DNA of 64,000 nt from an uncultured Anaerolineales bacterium. GTDB taxonomy: Bacteria; Chloroflexota; Anaerolineae; B4-G1; SLSP01. The position numbers and the translations under genes are program-made. The notes beneath the pieces are model-generated. The model had not been told where the DNA came from, searched no databases, and saw only the letters and a list, made by a program, of their open reading frames with translations. The stretch lies in NCBI GenBank assembly GCA_964504195.1, contig CAZDDI010000006.1:48394-112393 (forward strand), in the 5' to 3' direction. Every line of letters starts with the position of its first letter. Position 1 is the first letter of the stretch. Of this stretch, positions 8,731 to 16,902 are shown piece after piece.

Positions 8731-9066
8731 AAAAGTGGTGAGAACGGTGAGAGTGGTGTAAATCGCAATTCTCACCGGTCTCACCGGTCTCACCACTTCG
8801 CGGGATAAGATACCCCTATAGGAATAAAAGAACCCTCCAAAAGTGACGCCATCCCTAAAAATGGCCTAAAAACAGGGGTAAAGTGGGGGAAAAAGCCCAA
8901 AAACAGGGGTAAAATGATGGGTCTCGCTTAACCCCAAAACCGGCGATTTAGATTCCTCACCACTTTTAGCGAAAATCCTCACCACTTTTGTGGTAAGAGC
9001 CTAAAAAAGTGGTGAGGAAAATTCCTCACCACTTTTAGGCTGCGCGGTCACAAAAGTGGTGAGGAA
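8731..9066. repeat. Iteron-like repeat cluster (TCCTCACCACTTTT and its complement); candidate origin
   Basis: Copies at 8953, 8975, 9005(rc), 9022, 9052(rc); near-copy at 8731; CTCACCGGT tandem at 8769-8798; no long ORF. Confidence 0.7.
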
Positions 9067-9110
9067 ACCGGTGAGGCCACCGGTGAGGCAACGCGGGAGC
9101 AGCAAACAAC

Positions 9111-9134
9111 TTCCGCGTAGTCCCATTAGCGGCA
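9111..9134. repeat. Copy 3 of the TTCCGC..CCCATTAGCGG palindrome
   Basis: TTCCGCGTAGTCCCATTAGCGGCA. Confidence 0.75.
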
Positions 9135-9174
9135 ACAAAAAACAGCCCCCAACAGGCTCTCAAGTACCTTGACA

Positions 9175-9211
9175 CAGACCACGCGGCCTGGAAAAATCCA
9201 GACCACGCGGC
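9175..9211 (+). repeat. Direct repeat CAGACCACGCGGC x2 near att; possible integrase arm-type sites
   Basis: Copies at 9175-9187 and 9199-9211. Confidence 0.6.
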
Positions 9212-9256
9212 TATAGAAAACCTCCATCCGTGAGGGCTACCCTACACCAAACCGCA

Positions 9257-9304
9257 ACACGGTTTGGGTCCGTGAGGTCCGGGGTTCGAATCCCCGCGCC
9301 CCGA
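9257..9304 (+). other. attR: 3' fragment of tRNA-Pro(TGG)
   Basis: Anticodon arm CACGG-TTTGGGT-CCGTG, T arm CGGGG-TTCGAAT-CCCCG and 3' acceptor strand CGCCCCG; the upstream sequence lacks the complementary 5' acceptor strand and a D arm. Confidence 0.85.
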
Positions 9305-9325
9305 TTGTCAGGCACAAAAAAACAA

Positions 9326-9370
9326 AATGCGTGGAATGTGATCTTTATTCACATTCCACGCATTCTGTTT
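9326..9370 (+). terminator. Intrinsic terminator downstream of the tRNA fragment
   Basis: 16-bp stem AATGCGTGGAATGTGA/TCACATTCCACGCATT followed by a T-rich run. Confidence 0.75.
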
Positions 9371-9476
9371 TTGACGGGGTTATGCTGGTACCCGTCAGAA
9401 AATTCCACTATCAGCCGAGACATGGCACTAATTTCTACCAGCACCACTAACGTCATCATGAATTTTCGGATGGGTT

Positions 9477-11108
9477 CTAAGGCAAACCACCTAACTCGAA
9501 TGTAAAGCCAAGGATGTTAATCAGTACAGTATCCACATCATCCGGCCAGGAAAATTGCAGTTCAAAACGTTGCGTTCCCCCTGGGTTAATCGTCCAGGGC
9601 AGAAGCGGCGTGGAGGCACGTAATTCGGTCTCGCCCCGGCTAGAAGTCAGCTGGACATCACTGAGCGTGACGTAGAGCGGTTGCTCACCTACATTGCGTA
9701 ATTCACCATTGACCACAATGACATCGCGAGTGCTATCGGCGAACGCATCGGCAAGCGAGACCTGCGGCTGCGCCGGCTCCGGCTGCGCAGGCTCGTAGGG
9801 AATGGGGAAGCGGGCCATATTCTGTGGCACGGTAGGATCAGCCCGGAAAATCCAGGTAAGCGGCAACTTGAGGTCCTTCGGGACCAGGTAACCGACGCTC
9901 ACATCGGCGCTCTCACCAGGGGCCAAAGCATAGAGTAACGGCCCATAATCACCATCCTCTGAAACCCCGCGACTCTCCGACCATTGTTGACCATTCCCAT
10001 CTTCCAAGATCATATTGAACAATGCCGGGTTGATCTCAGTCGCACCAGTATTAGTAACGCTGAACTCAATGAAAAATTGTAGGTTTTGGCTATCTTCAGG
10101 ATCTTCGGAATCCCAAAAATCCTCGACTTCCACATTCAACCCCGTAAGATTTTGCGCAGCTCCCTCAGCCACGCTCTCCTCAGGCAAATAGCGCGCCTGC
10201 ACCACCAGCCGATTATCCCCTGTATCACTCAACAACACCAGAGTCAAACCTGGTCGCTGCTGCGCCATCACCTCGGCAGTAGCACTACTGCTCACCCGTC
10301 GTGATTCAGGGCTACCGAAGACCAGAGTCACACCGCTGCTCAGGGCCATGGTGAAGCGAGCGCTGCTGTCCAGTCCAGCAAGCCGGGCAGCGGTATACTC
10401 TGTATGCGGTAAGCCGATCACATAATTGATTACCGTCCCGTAAACCCAAACCGCGGTATCCTTATCGGCAGGCATGGGCCAGCGTCCGGCTTCGGGTATC
10501 ACAGCCACCACCGGGTAGTCCACGTCATCTATGGTAAGTAGTGCTGGCGTTGCAGAGTGTAGCGGCGAACCGTTCTGTTGCAGGATATATTGATCAGCAG
10601 GAATGATAGGCGGGGAGAGAAAAGTGCTAAGTTTGCTAATGGAAAGTGGTTCAGCGTCGCTGACAGGGCGTGCGGAAAAGCGCGAGAGCAGCGCAGCCAA
10701 CCCCAATACCAGCACGATGATACAGCCCAACATCAAGAGCAACAAAATCCACACGGGAAAGCTCGGCAAGGACTTGCGCGGGGACGCAGAAGGAGAAGCA
10801 GAGACTACTGGTGAGACTGTGCTCTCAGGTAAGGGCGCGGCAAGCAATACAGGCGGAGTCTCTAATTGAGGTAGCGGCGGTTCAACCGGCATCGCAGGCA
10901 TGGGTTGGGAATCTGGCAACGCCTCAGAGGGCAAGGGCTGAACCGCACCCGCCGACGGGGGCGCGGGCAGCGGATCAATCGGCTCAGGCAAAACAGCTCC
11001 TCCCGACGCAGAAGCAGACTCCGCCGGTGTCTCTAAAGTCTCCAGCGGTGGTGATTCTGGCAAGTCTGAGAGTTCAAACAAAGAAACAGGTTCTTCTTCA
11101 CTCATCAA
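9477..11108 (-). CDS. Membrane protein with a Pro-rich N-terminus and DUF4352-like Ig-fold domains
   Basis: TM WILLLMLGCIIVLVLGL; FSVTNTG..INPALFNMILEDGNG..LAPGESADVSVGYLVP pattern. Confidence 0.7.
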   Translation of the reverse strand: MMSEEEPVSLFELSDLPESPPLETLETPAESASASGGAVLPEPIDPLPAPPSAGAVQPLPSEALPDSQPMPAMPVEPPLPQLETPPVLLAAPLPESTVSPVVSASPSASPRKSLPSFPVWILLLLMLGCIIVLVLGLAALLSRFSARPVSDAEPLSISKLSTFLSPPIIPADQYILQQNGSPLHSATPALLTIDDVDYPVVAVIPEAGRWPMPADKDTAVWVYGTVINYVIGLPHTEYTAARLAGLDSSARFTMALSSGVTLVFGSPESRRVSSSATAEVMAQQRPGLTLVLLSDTGDNRLVVQARYLPEESVAEGAAQNLTGLNVEVEDFWDSEDPEDSQNLQFFIEFSVTNTGATEINPALFNMILEDGNGQQWSESRGVSEDGDYGPLLYALAPGESADVSVGYLVPKDLKLPLTWIFRADPTVPQNMARFPIPYEPAQPEPAQPQVSLADAFADSTRDVIVVNGELRNVGEQPLYVTLSDVQLTSSRGETELRASTPLLPWTINPGGTQRFELQFSWPDDVDTVLINILGFTFELGGLP

Positions 11109-11120
11109 TAGGCCTCTTGA

Positions 11121-12680
11121 TCAAGGGATAGTGGACGGGACCGGCAACGGACTGATACGCACAATCAATTCCGGCGTGCTTGCATCCACATAACGATCCA
11201 TGCCGAGCAGCGGCACGAGGACGCGCACTGGGCCAACTGTAGGCACACTAAAGGAAATTCGCCCTTGCTCATCAGTGTAACCGCGCGCCAGCTCTGTACC
11301 ATTAGTAGTGGAGAGGGCGCGGGCAAAGAAGCCGGAAACCCCTTCACCGGCGCCCGGCTGACCGTCCTGATTGGCATCGTAATAAATGAGCAAGCCAAAA
11401 GTGCGTACCCCGCCCGGCGTGGGAGTAGGGGTGAGAGGAACCGGTGTAGTAAGTGGACGAATGGACAGCTCAACAGTACTCCCCCCCGTGCCGTTACCAT
11501 TTCCGTTATCAGTGGGAGTAGGCAACGGCGAAGTGACTGGCGTCGGGGTAGCAGTAGGTCGCGGCGTGACGACTGGCGGCGTGATGGGATCCTTGCCTGG
11601 AGCTGGTGTGACGGTCCCCACAGCGCCAGGCGCGGTCATCTGACAGCGAAGTTTGTACTCGCTATCAGCAATGTCGGAAACCGACAAACGACCACCGTGC
11701 CCCACCTCAACATAGAGCCAACCCTCGTAAGTGCTGTAATACGAGTAATAGCTGCTATAATCGCCCAGCGCCCGGTCATCGTTACCTCCGATAGGATTGC
11801 GATTACCATCAAAGAAGCGCATGTTAGTATCCACGCCAGGGTCCAGATCAAACGTCTCGCAGCTAAAGACCAGGCCCGGCTTAGCCCAAAGTTTAAAGTA
11901 ATCATTGTCCACTTGCGCCCCTCCCCAGGGAACAAAGTTGAGGTTATAGGTCATGCTAGGAGCAATGATGGCCGCAGTGTCAAAATCGTAATTCGGCTCA
12001 TAGTCATCATGATCCCGACGCGGGGTAGGCGCAGGCCCGGGAGGTGTAGGCGAGGGCGTAGGTGTCGGGGTAGCCGTAGGTGTAGGGGCTGCGGCCCCTA
12101 ACACCAAACTATAGGTACTGGCCCGGTTGGAGCTCCAGCTACACTGACCACTACGTTGAAATACCTTAAAGTAGTAAGGCCCAATATCAGTTGCCTGAAA
12201 GGTAATAATCGCCGAGTTACCATCGAAGGGATTACTATCTGTATAAACAGCAGTGCGGGTGCTGTCGTACAGCACCATGCCCAGGTCATAATTTGTGGTA
12301 AGATCCGGCACAGCACGCACCGTGTAGAGGTACCCCACGCTGGCATTATCCAATCGGTAATAATCGTCCCAGGCGGTGGCTAATGTAGGTGAGGTCACAG
12401 TACCAGCAGTGCCTTGAATCAACGTCTGCAAGGTGTAATTGGAAAGCGGGGCCGCGTTGTTAATATCATTACGATTGTAGGTTGGCTCAGCATCCCAAGT
12501 ATCATAAAAGATGATACAAGTAGCGGGTGCAGTGAGAGGCGCTGGCAATTCGCTCGCCGCTTGCGCAGGAGACATGAACGCCCGCTTGCCACTTTCAGGA
12601 AACAAGGACAACCACAAGAACGAGCTCGCCAGCAGCAAGGTTCCTGCCAGCAGCAACCACGTTGTTTTCAAGGCTTTCAT
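11121..12680 (-). CDS. Secreted protein with PPC-like domains, PT linkers and an SdrD-B-like C-terminal domain
   Basis: Signal peptide; DDYEPN..DNDYFK; IYYDANQDGQPGAGEG..TDEQG. Confidence 0.7.
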   Translation of the reverse strand: MKALKTTWLLLAGTLLLASSFLWLSLFPESGKRAFMSPAQAASELPAPLTAPATCIIFYDTWDAEPTYNRNDINNAAPLSNYTLQTLIQGTAGTVTSPTLATAWDDYYRLDNASVGYLYTVRAVPDLTTNYDLGMVLYDSTRTAVYTDSNPFDGNSAIITFQATDIGPYYFKVFQRSGQCSWSSNRASTYSLVLGAAAPTPTATPTPTPSPTPPGPAPTPRRDHDDYEPNYDFDTAAIIAPSMTYNLNFVPWGGAQVDNDYFKLWAKPGLVFSCETFDLDPGVDTNMRFFDGNRNPIGGNDDRALGDYSSYYSYYSTYEGWLYVEVGHGGRLSVSDIADSEYKLRCQMTAPGAVGTVTPAPGKDPITPPVVTPRPTATPTPVTSPLPTPTDNGNGNGTGGSTVELSIRPLTTPVPLTPTPTPGGVRTFGLLIYYDANQDGQPGAGEGVSGFFARALSTTNGTELARGYTDEQGRISFSVPTVGPVRVLVPLLGMDRYVDASTPELIVRISPLPVPSTIP

Positions 12681-12859
12681 ACCAGCCTCCTAAAGCAAAT
12701 CAGTAAAAGACTTGTCTACCGTACATTTTCCAAGTGTATTCAGTTTTAGCCACGAATTAGCATGAATTTTACGAATTTCTTATTGTTTTCGTGTTAATTC
12801 GAGTGAATTCATGGCAAAAATCTACAAGTGTACGGTAGCAAATAAAAGACAAATCAAAC

Positions 12860-13000
12860 GTAACTACTCAGCCTTGTCATTACGAGCCGCGTCTCCGCGG
12901 TATCCGTTCGTCTCCGAACGGCGCAATCTTGTTCATGGTTGCGATTGCTTCGCCGCAGACGGCTCGCAATGACAAACACAGTCTTAGCCTGAGTAGTTAC
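12860..13000. mobile_element. 141-bp MITE, TIR GTAACTACTCAG, 8-bp target duplication AATCAAAC
   Basis: TIRs 12860-12871 and 12989-13000; AATCAAAC at 12852-12859 and 13001-13008; internal inverted repeat TTGTCATT(A/G)CGAGCCG. Confidence 0.85.
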
Positions 13001-13036
13001 AATCAAACAAAAGAAATATCAGTAATCACAAAGCCG

Positions 13037-13088
13037 CTCGTAGTAACCGCTGTAGCGGTTCTCTCAACGGCTAAAGCCGTCACTACAA
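13037..13088. repeat. REP-like double hairpin
   Basis: GTAGTAACCGCTGTAGCGGTT..AACGGCTAAAGCCGTCACTAC. Confidence 0.6.
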
Positions 13089-13111
13089 ACTTAAATCGTG
13101 TCTACTAAACA

Positions 13112-15286
13112 TCAATGCTGCGACACCGCTTCCAAGGGCGCGTGCGTGGCCAGGAAGGTACGCTCCCCTGCGCCTGTATCAAAGAACAACACAGTGACCA
13201 ACTCTTCGCCGTGTTCGATAACACTCTCGCGCACCACCCCATCGCCAAAACGCCGATGACGCACTGCCTGCCCCGGAGCAAACCGCTGGGCTACGGCTGG
13301 CGGCTCTGGACGCTTCTGTCGCCACGCCGGAACGTTCCAGTTAGTAGCGGGCTGCGTCAACACCGGGCGCTTGCGCACGACGCCGAGCATGGCTGGCGGA
13401 ATGTCATCTAAGAAGCGTGACGGAGCTGCCGGAGAACTTTCCCCATACCAGCTACGCCGGAAGGCATGGGTAAGATACAACCGATCTTCGGCGCGGGTCA
13501 TGCCCACATAGAACAAGCGCCGTTCTTCAGCCAACTCGTGCGGCGTATCCAACGAACGGCTATGCGGCAATAAGCCCTCTTCCAAGCCAGTGATAAAGAC
13601 AATGGGAAATTCCAGCCCCTTAGCACTGTGCAGCGTGAGTAACGTCACCGCCTGCACCTCGGCCCCCAACTCGTCCACATCGGCGACCAGGGCTACATCG
13701 GTCAGAAATTCCTCCAACGCCAAACCAGGCGCTTCCGCAGCGACCGCGCGGAGCGCCAATACATTCTCCCAGCGTGCCTCACCCTCGTCAGTGCCGTCGC
13801 GCAAGTAGCCCTCGTAGCCGATAGCAGCAAGCACGGCATTAGTCAAATCGCGCACATCCGCACCCTGCACACGTAGCGCGTGCCACTCGGCCAGCATCTC
13901 GGCAAAAGGGCGTAAGGCCTTGGCGCCCCGGCTGCCCGCGTCGCTTTGCAGCAAGTGCAGCATCGCCTTATAGCAGCTACCGTGCGTCTGTCCCAGCGTC
14001 ATCAACGAGGCCAGCGTAGTTTTTCCAATCCCCCGCCGGGGGACATTGACCACGCGCTGAAAGCTGATGTCATCATCAGGATTCAAAATCAACCGCAGGT
14101 ACGCCAGCAAATCCTTGATTTCCCGACGCGAGTAGAACCGTGTGCCACCTACCAGCCGGTAAGGGATGGTTGCATAGACCAACGCCTCTTCTAAAGCGCG
14201 CGATTGCGCGTTGGTGCGGTACATCACGGCACAATCGCTGTAAGCATGACCGGCGCGACGCAGCGTCTCGATCTCCCGCGCCACGAACGTCGCCTCCTCA
14301 GCTTCGTCATACGCTTCATGTAAAGTGAGCGGGAGACCCTGCGGCTTGCGCGTGAAGAGCCGCTTGATGGTACGATCCGGGTTCGGCGCAATGAGCGCCT
14401 GGGCTGCATCGAGAATTATTTGCGTAGAGCGATAGTTCTCTTCCAGCAGAATCTCCACCAGCCCCGGATAATCCCCACGCAGACGGGTAATGTTACGATA
14501 GTCCGCCCCGCGCCACGAATAGATGGATTGATCCTCGTCTGCAACAGCGTACAAGCTGCGATGCTCGCCCGTGAGCAGGCGCAACAACAGATATTGCGCC
14601 ATGTTGGTGTCCTGGAACTCATCCACCAACACATAGCGATAGCGCTGGCTGTATTTCTCGCACAAATCGGCGTGCTCTTGGAAGAGCTTGACCGTTTCTA
14701 CCAGCAGATCGTCAAAATCCAACCCCTCGTTACCGCGCAGCGTCTCTTGATACCGCGCGTAGGCGCGCGCTACTACCTGGTCGTAGTAAGTGGCGACGGG
14801 ATACGCAGCGGGCGACGTTAGCTCGTTTTTGGCGTGGGAAATCGCGTTGAGCAAGGAGGCCGGGCGGTAGCGCTTGTCGTCGAGATTGAGGTCTTTCACC
14901 ACCTGCTTCATCACGGCAAGCTGGTCATCAGTATCGAAGATCAGGTAGTTACGCGAAAACCCCGCTGCATCCGCCTCGCGGCGCAACAAGCGCGCACAAA
15001 TCGCGTGAAACGTGCCGATGCTCATCTGGAGCGCCGTATCGCCCGCCAACATGCGCGCGAGCCGCTCACGCATCTCGCGGGCGGCTTTGTTGGTGAACGT
15101 CACCGCCAACACCTGCCAGGGTGCGGCGTGCTGCTCCTGCAACATCCAGGCGATGCGGTGGGTCAACACGCGCGTCTTGCCTGACCCAGGGCCGGCCAGG
15201 ACCAGTACCGGGCCATCAGAGGCCCCCACCGCAGCCTGCTGCTGCGCATTCAACCCCGCCAACAGCGGGTGCGCGGAGTTATTCAT
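13112..15286 (-). CDS. pcrA: UvrD/PcrA ATP-dependent DNA helicase
   Basis: AGPGSGKT, VDEFQDTN, LEENYRST, LLTLHSAKGLEFP, EERRLFYVGMTRA. Confidence 0.95.
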   Translation of the reverse strand: MNNSAHPLLAGLNAQQQAAVGASDGPVLVLAGPGSGKTRVLTHRIAWMLQEQHAAPWQVLAVTFTNKAAREMRERLARMLAGDTALQMSIGTFHAICARLLRREADAAGFSRNYLIFDTDDQLAVMKQVVKDLNLDDKRYRPASLLNAISHAKNELTSPAAYPVATYYDQVVARAYARYQETLRGNEGLDFDDLLVETVKLFQEHADLCEKYSQRYRYVLVDEFQDTNMAQYLLLRLLTGEHRSLYAVADEDQSIYSWRGADYRNITRLRGDYPGLVEILLEENYRSTQIILDAAQALIAPNPDRTIKRLFTRKPQGLPLTLHEAYDEAEEATFVAREIETLRRAGHAYSDCAVMYRTNAQSRALEEALVYATIPYRLVGGTRFYSRREIKDLLAYLRLILNPDDDISFQRVVNVPRRGIGKTTLASLMTLGQTHGSCYKAMLHLLQSDAGSRGAKALRPFAEMLAEWHALRVQGADVRDLTNAVLAAIGYEGYLRDGTDEGEARWENVLALRAVAAEAPGLALEEFLTDVALVADVDELGAEVQAVTLLTLHSAKGLEFPIVFITGLEEGLLPHSRSLDTPHELAEERRLFYVGMTRAEDRLYLTHAFRRSWYGESSPAAPSRFLDDIPPAMLGVVRKRPVLTQPATNWNVPAWRQKRPEPPAVAQRFAPGQAVRHRRFGDGVVRESVIEHGEELVTVLFFDTGAGERTFLATHAPLEAVSQH

Positions 15287-15327
15287 AATATAGCCATTTT
15301 AACATGGAGCGGGCGATAAGCAAGGTA

Positions 15328-16740
15328 TCACTTTTCTCGCTTGCGCCGCACTTTTTTATCTTCCCGATCCACCTGATGTCCCCGGAAGGTAAGCCGGATG
15401 GGCGTGCCGGGAAAGGGGAAGACCTCACGAATACGATTCTCAAGGTAGCGCTCGTAAGAAAAGTGAATCAGGGCCGGGTTGTTAACGAAGAAAACAAATG
15501 TGGGCGGGGCAACCTCTGCCTGAGTGACGAAGTATAGTTTAAGGCGACGGCCTTGTTTAGTGGGCGGTGGATGCGCAGCAAACGCTTGCTTGATCATATC
15601 ATTGAGCAAACCAGTGGGCAAGCGTTGATAGCGGGACTCCACCACCGAGATCGCAGTAGGCAGAATGCGATCCACGCGCTGCCCAGTCAGTGCTGAAACG
15701 AAGAGCATGGGACTTTGCGCCAGGAATTGCAAGTCGTGTTGCGCCTGGGCCTCAAACTGCTGGCGGTTCTGCTTGATTTCCGGATCCACCGCGTCCCACT
15801 TGTTGATAACAATCACACTGCTAACGCCCTGCTCCACAATCAAACCCGCAACGTGGGTATCCTGCGCGGTCACGCCTTCCACAGCGTCAACCACCAATAG
15901 CGCCACATCAGCACGCTCGGCGGCCTTGAAGGCACGCAGCACGCTATATTTCTCTACGCCCTGCTGCACCCGCCCCCGGCGGCGAATGCCCGCCGTATCA
16001 ATCAACACAAGCTTTTGGCCCCCCCACTCCATCTCCGTATCCAGTGCATCGCGCGTAGTGCCGGAAACCGGACTGACGATGGCGCGATCATGACCAAGCA
16101 GACGGTTGAGCAAGGAGGATTTGCCCACATTGGGGCGCCCCAGAATGGCAATGCGAATAACATCCTCATCAATTTCAGATTCCGGTTCCGAGGGCGGCAA
16201 CAGTTCCACCACCACATCGAGCAGGTCGCCCACACCGCGTCCGTGAATCGCCGAAATCGGGTACACTTCGCCCAGCCCCAGCTCGTAGAACTCCAGGGCC
16301 TCCTGCTCGCGCGTAAAGTTATCCGCCTTGTTAGCGACCACCAAGACGGGCCGTTGAGCGCGACGCAACAATTGCGCCACTTCGCGGTCGGCGCCGGTCA
16401 AGCCGGTGCTGGCATCCACCAGGAACAACGTTAAATCGGCCTCTTCAATAGCCAGCTCCGCCTGTGCGCGGATCAGCGGGATGAACGGGGCAGAATCCTC
16501 CAGCAACGGTGCCGGGCCGGGACGGCGGCCCGCCTCGACCGTAGCGGATTGCATTTCAATACCGCCAGTGTCCACAAAAATCAACGGCACACCATTCCAC
16601 TCCGTCTCACCAAAGAGCCGATCGCGTGTGGTGCCGGGAATATCACTGACCACCGCCCGCCGTTCTTCGATCAGGCGATTGAAAAGCGTGGACTTACCCA
16701 CATTGGGACGTCCGACAATAGCAACAACAGATTTAGGCAT
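15328..16740 (-). CDS. der: Ribosome biogenesis GTPase Der (EngA)
   Basis: Two GRPNVGKS G-domains and a C-terminal KH-like domain; likely start MPKSVVAIV at 16740. Confidence 0.95.
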   Translation of the reverse strand: MPKSVVAIVGRPNVGKSTLFNRLIEERRAVVSDIPGTTRDRLFGETEWNGVPLIFVDTGGIEMQSATVEAGRRPGPAPLLEDSAPFIPLIRAQAELAIEEADLTLFLVDASTGLTGADREVAQLLRRAQRPVLVVANKADNFTREQEALEFYELGLGEVYPISAIHGRGVGDLLDVVVELLPPSEPESEIDEDVIRIAILGRPNVGKSSLLNRLLGHDRAIVSPVSGTTRDALDTEMEWGGQKLVLIDTAGIRRRGRVQQGVEKYSVLRAFKAAERADVALLVVDAVEGVTAQDTHVAGLIVEQGVSSVIVINKWDAVDPEIKQNRQQFEAQAQHDLQFLAQSPMLFVSALTGQRVDRILPTAISVVESRYQRLPTGLLNDMIKQAFAAHPPPTKQGRRLKLYFVTQAEVAPPTFVFFVNNPALIHFSYERYLENRIREVFPFPGTPIRLTFRGHQVDREDKKVRRKREK

Positions 16741-16902
16741 GAAACTCCTTGAAAAATCAGTGAATCGCAAATCAAAACTAGTGTAGCGCGAAGCGTCGGC
16801 TTCGCGCCGCAAACAGCGCATTATGCACTGACAGGTCGTTCTCAGGTCGTCATTTTCATTATCATAGTGAGCCAGTGGAAACTTTATCGTGAAGCGTAAG
16901 AG

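Larger units (their letters stand above)
1..9304. mobile_element. Right part of a tRNA-Pro-integrated element (ICE/AICE-like or integrated plasmid/prophage); left end outside the window
   Basis: ParA, FtsK/SpoIIIE, tyrosine recombinase, XRE repressor with a divergent operon of small coupled ORFs; bounded on the right by a tRNA-Pro 3' fragment; no virion structural genes seen. Confidence 0.85.

Noticed and set aside
9230-9304. Functional tRNA-Pro gene
   Set aside because: No 5' acceptor strand complementary to CGCCCCG and no D arm; interpreted as an att duplication
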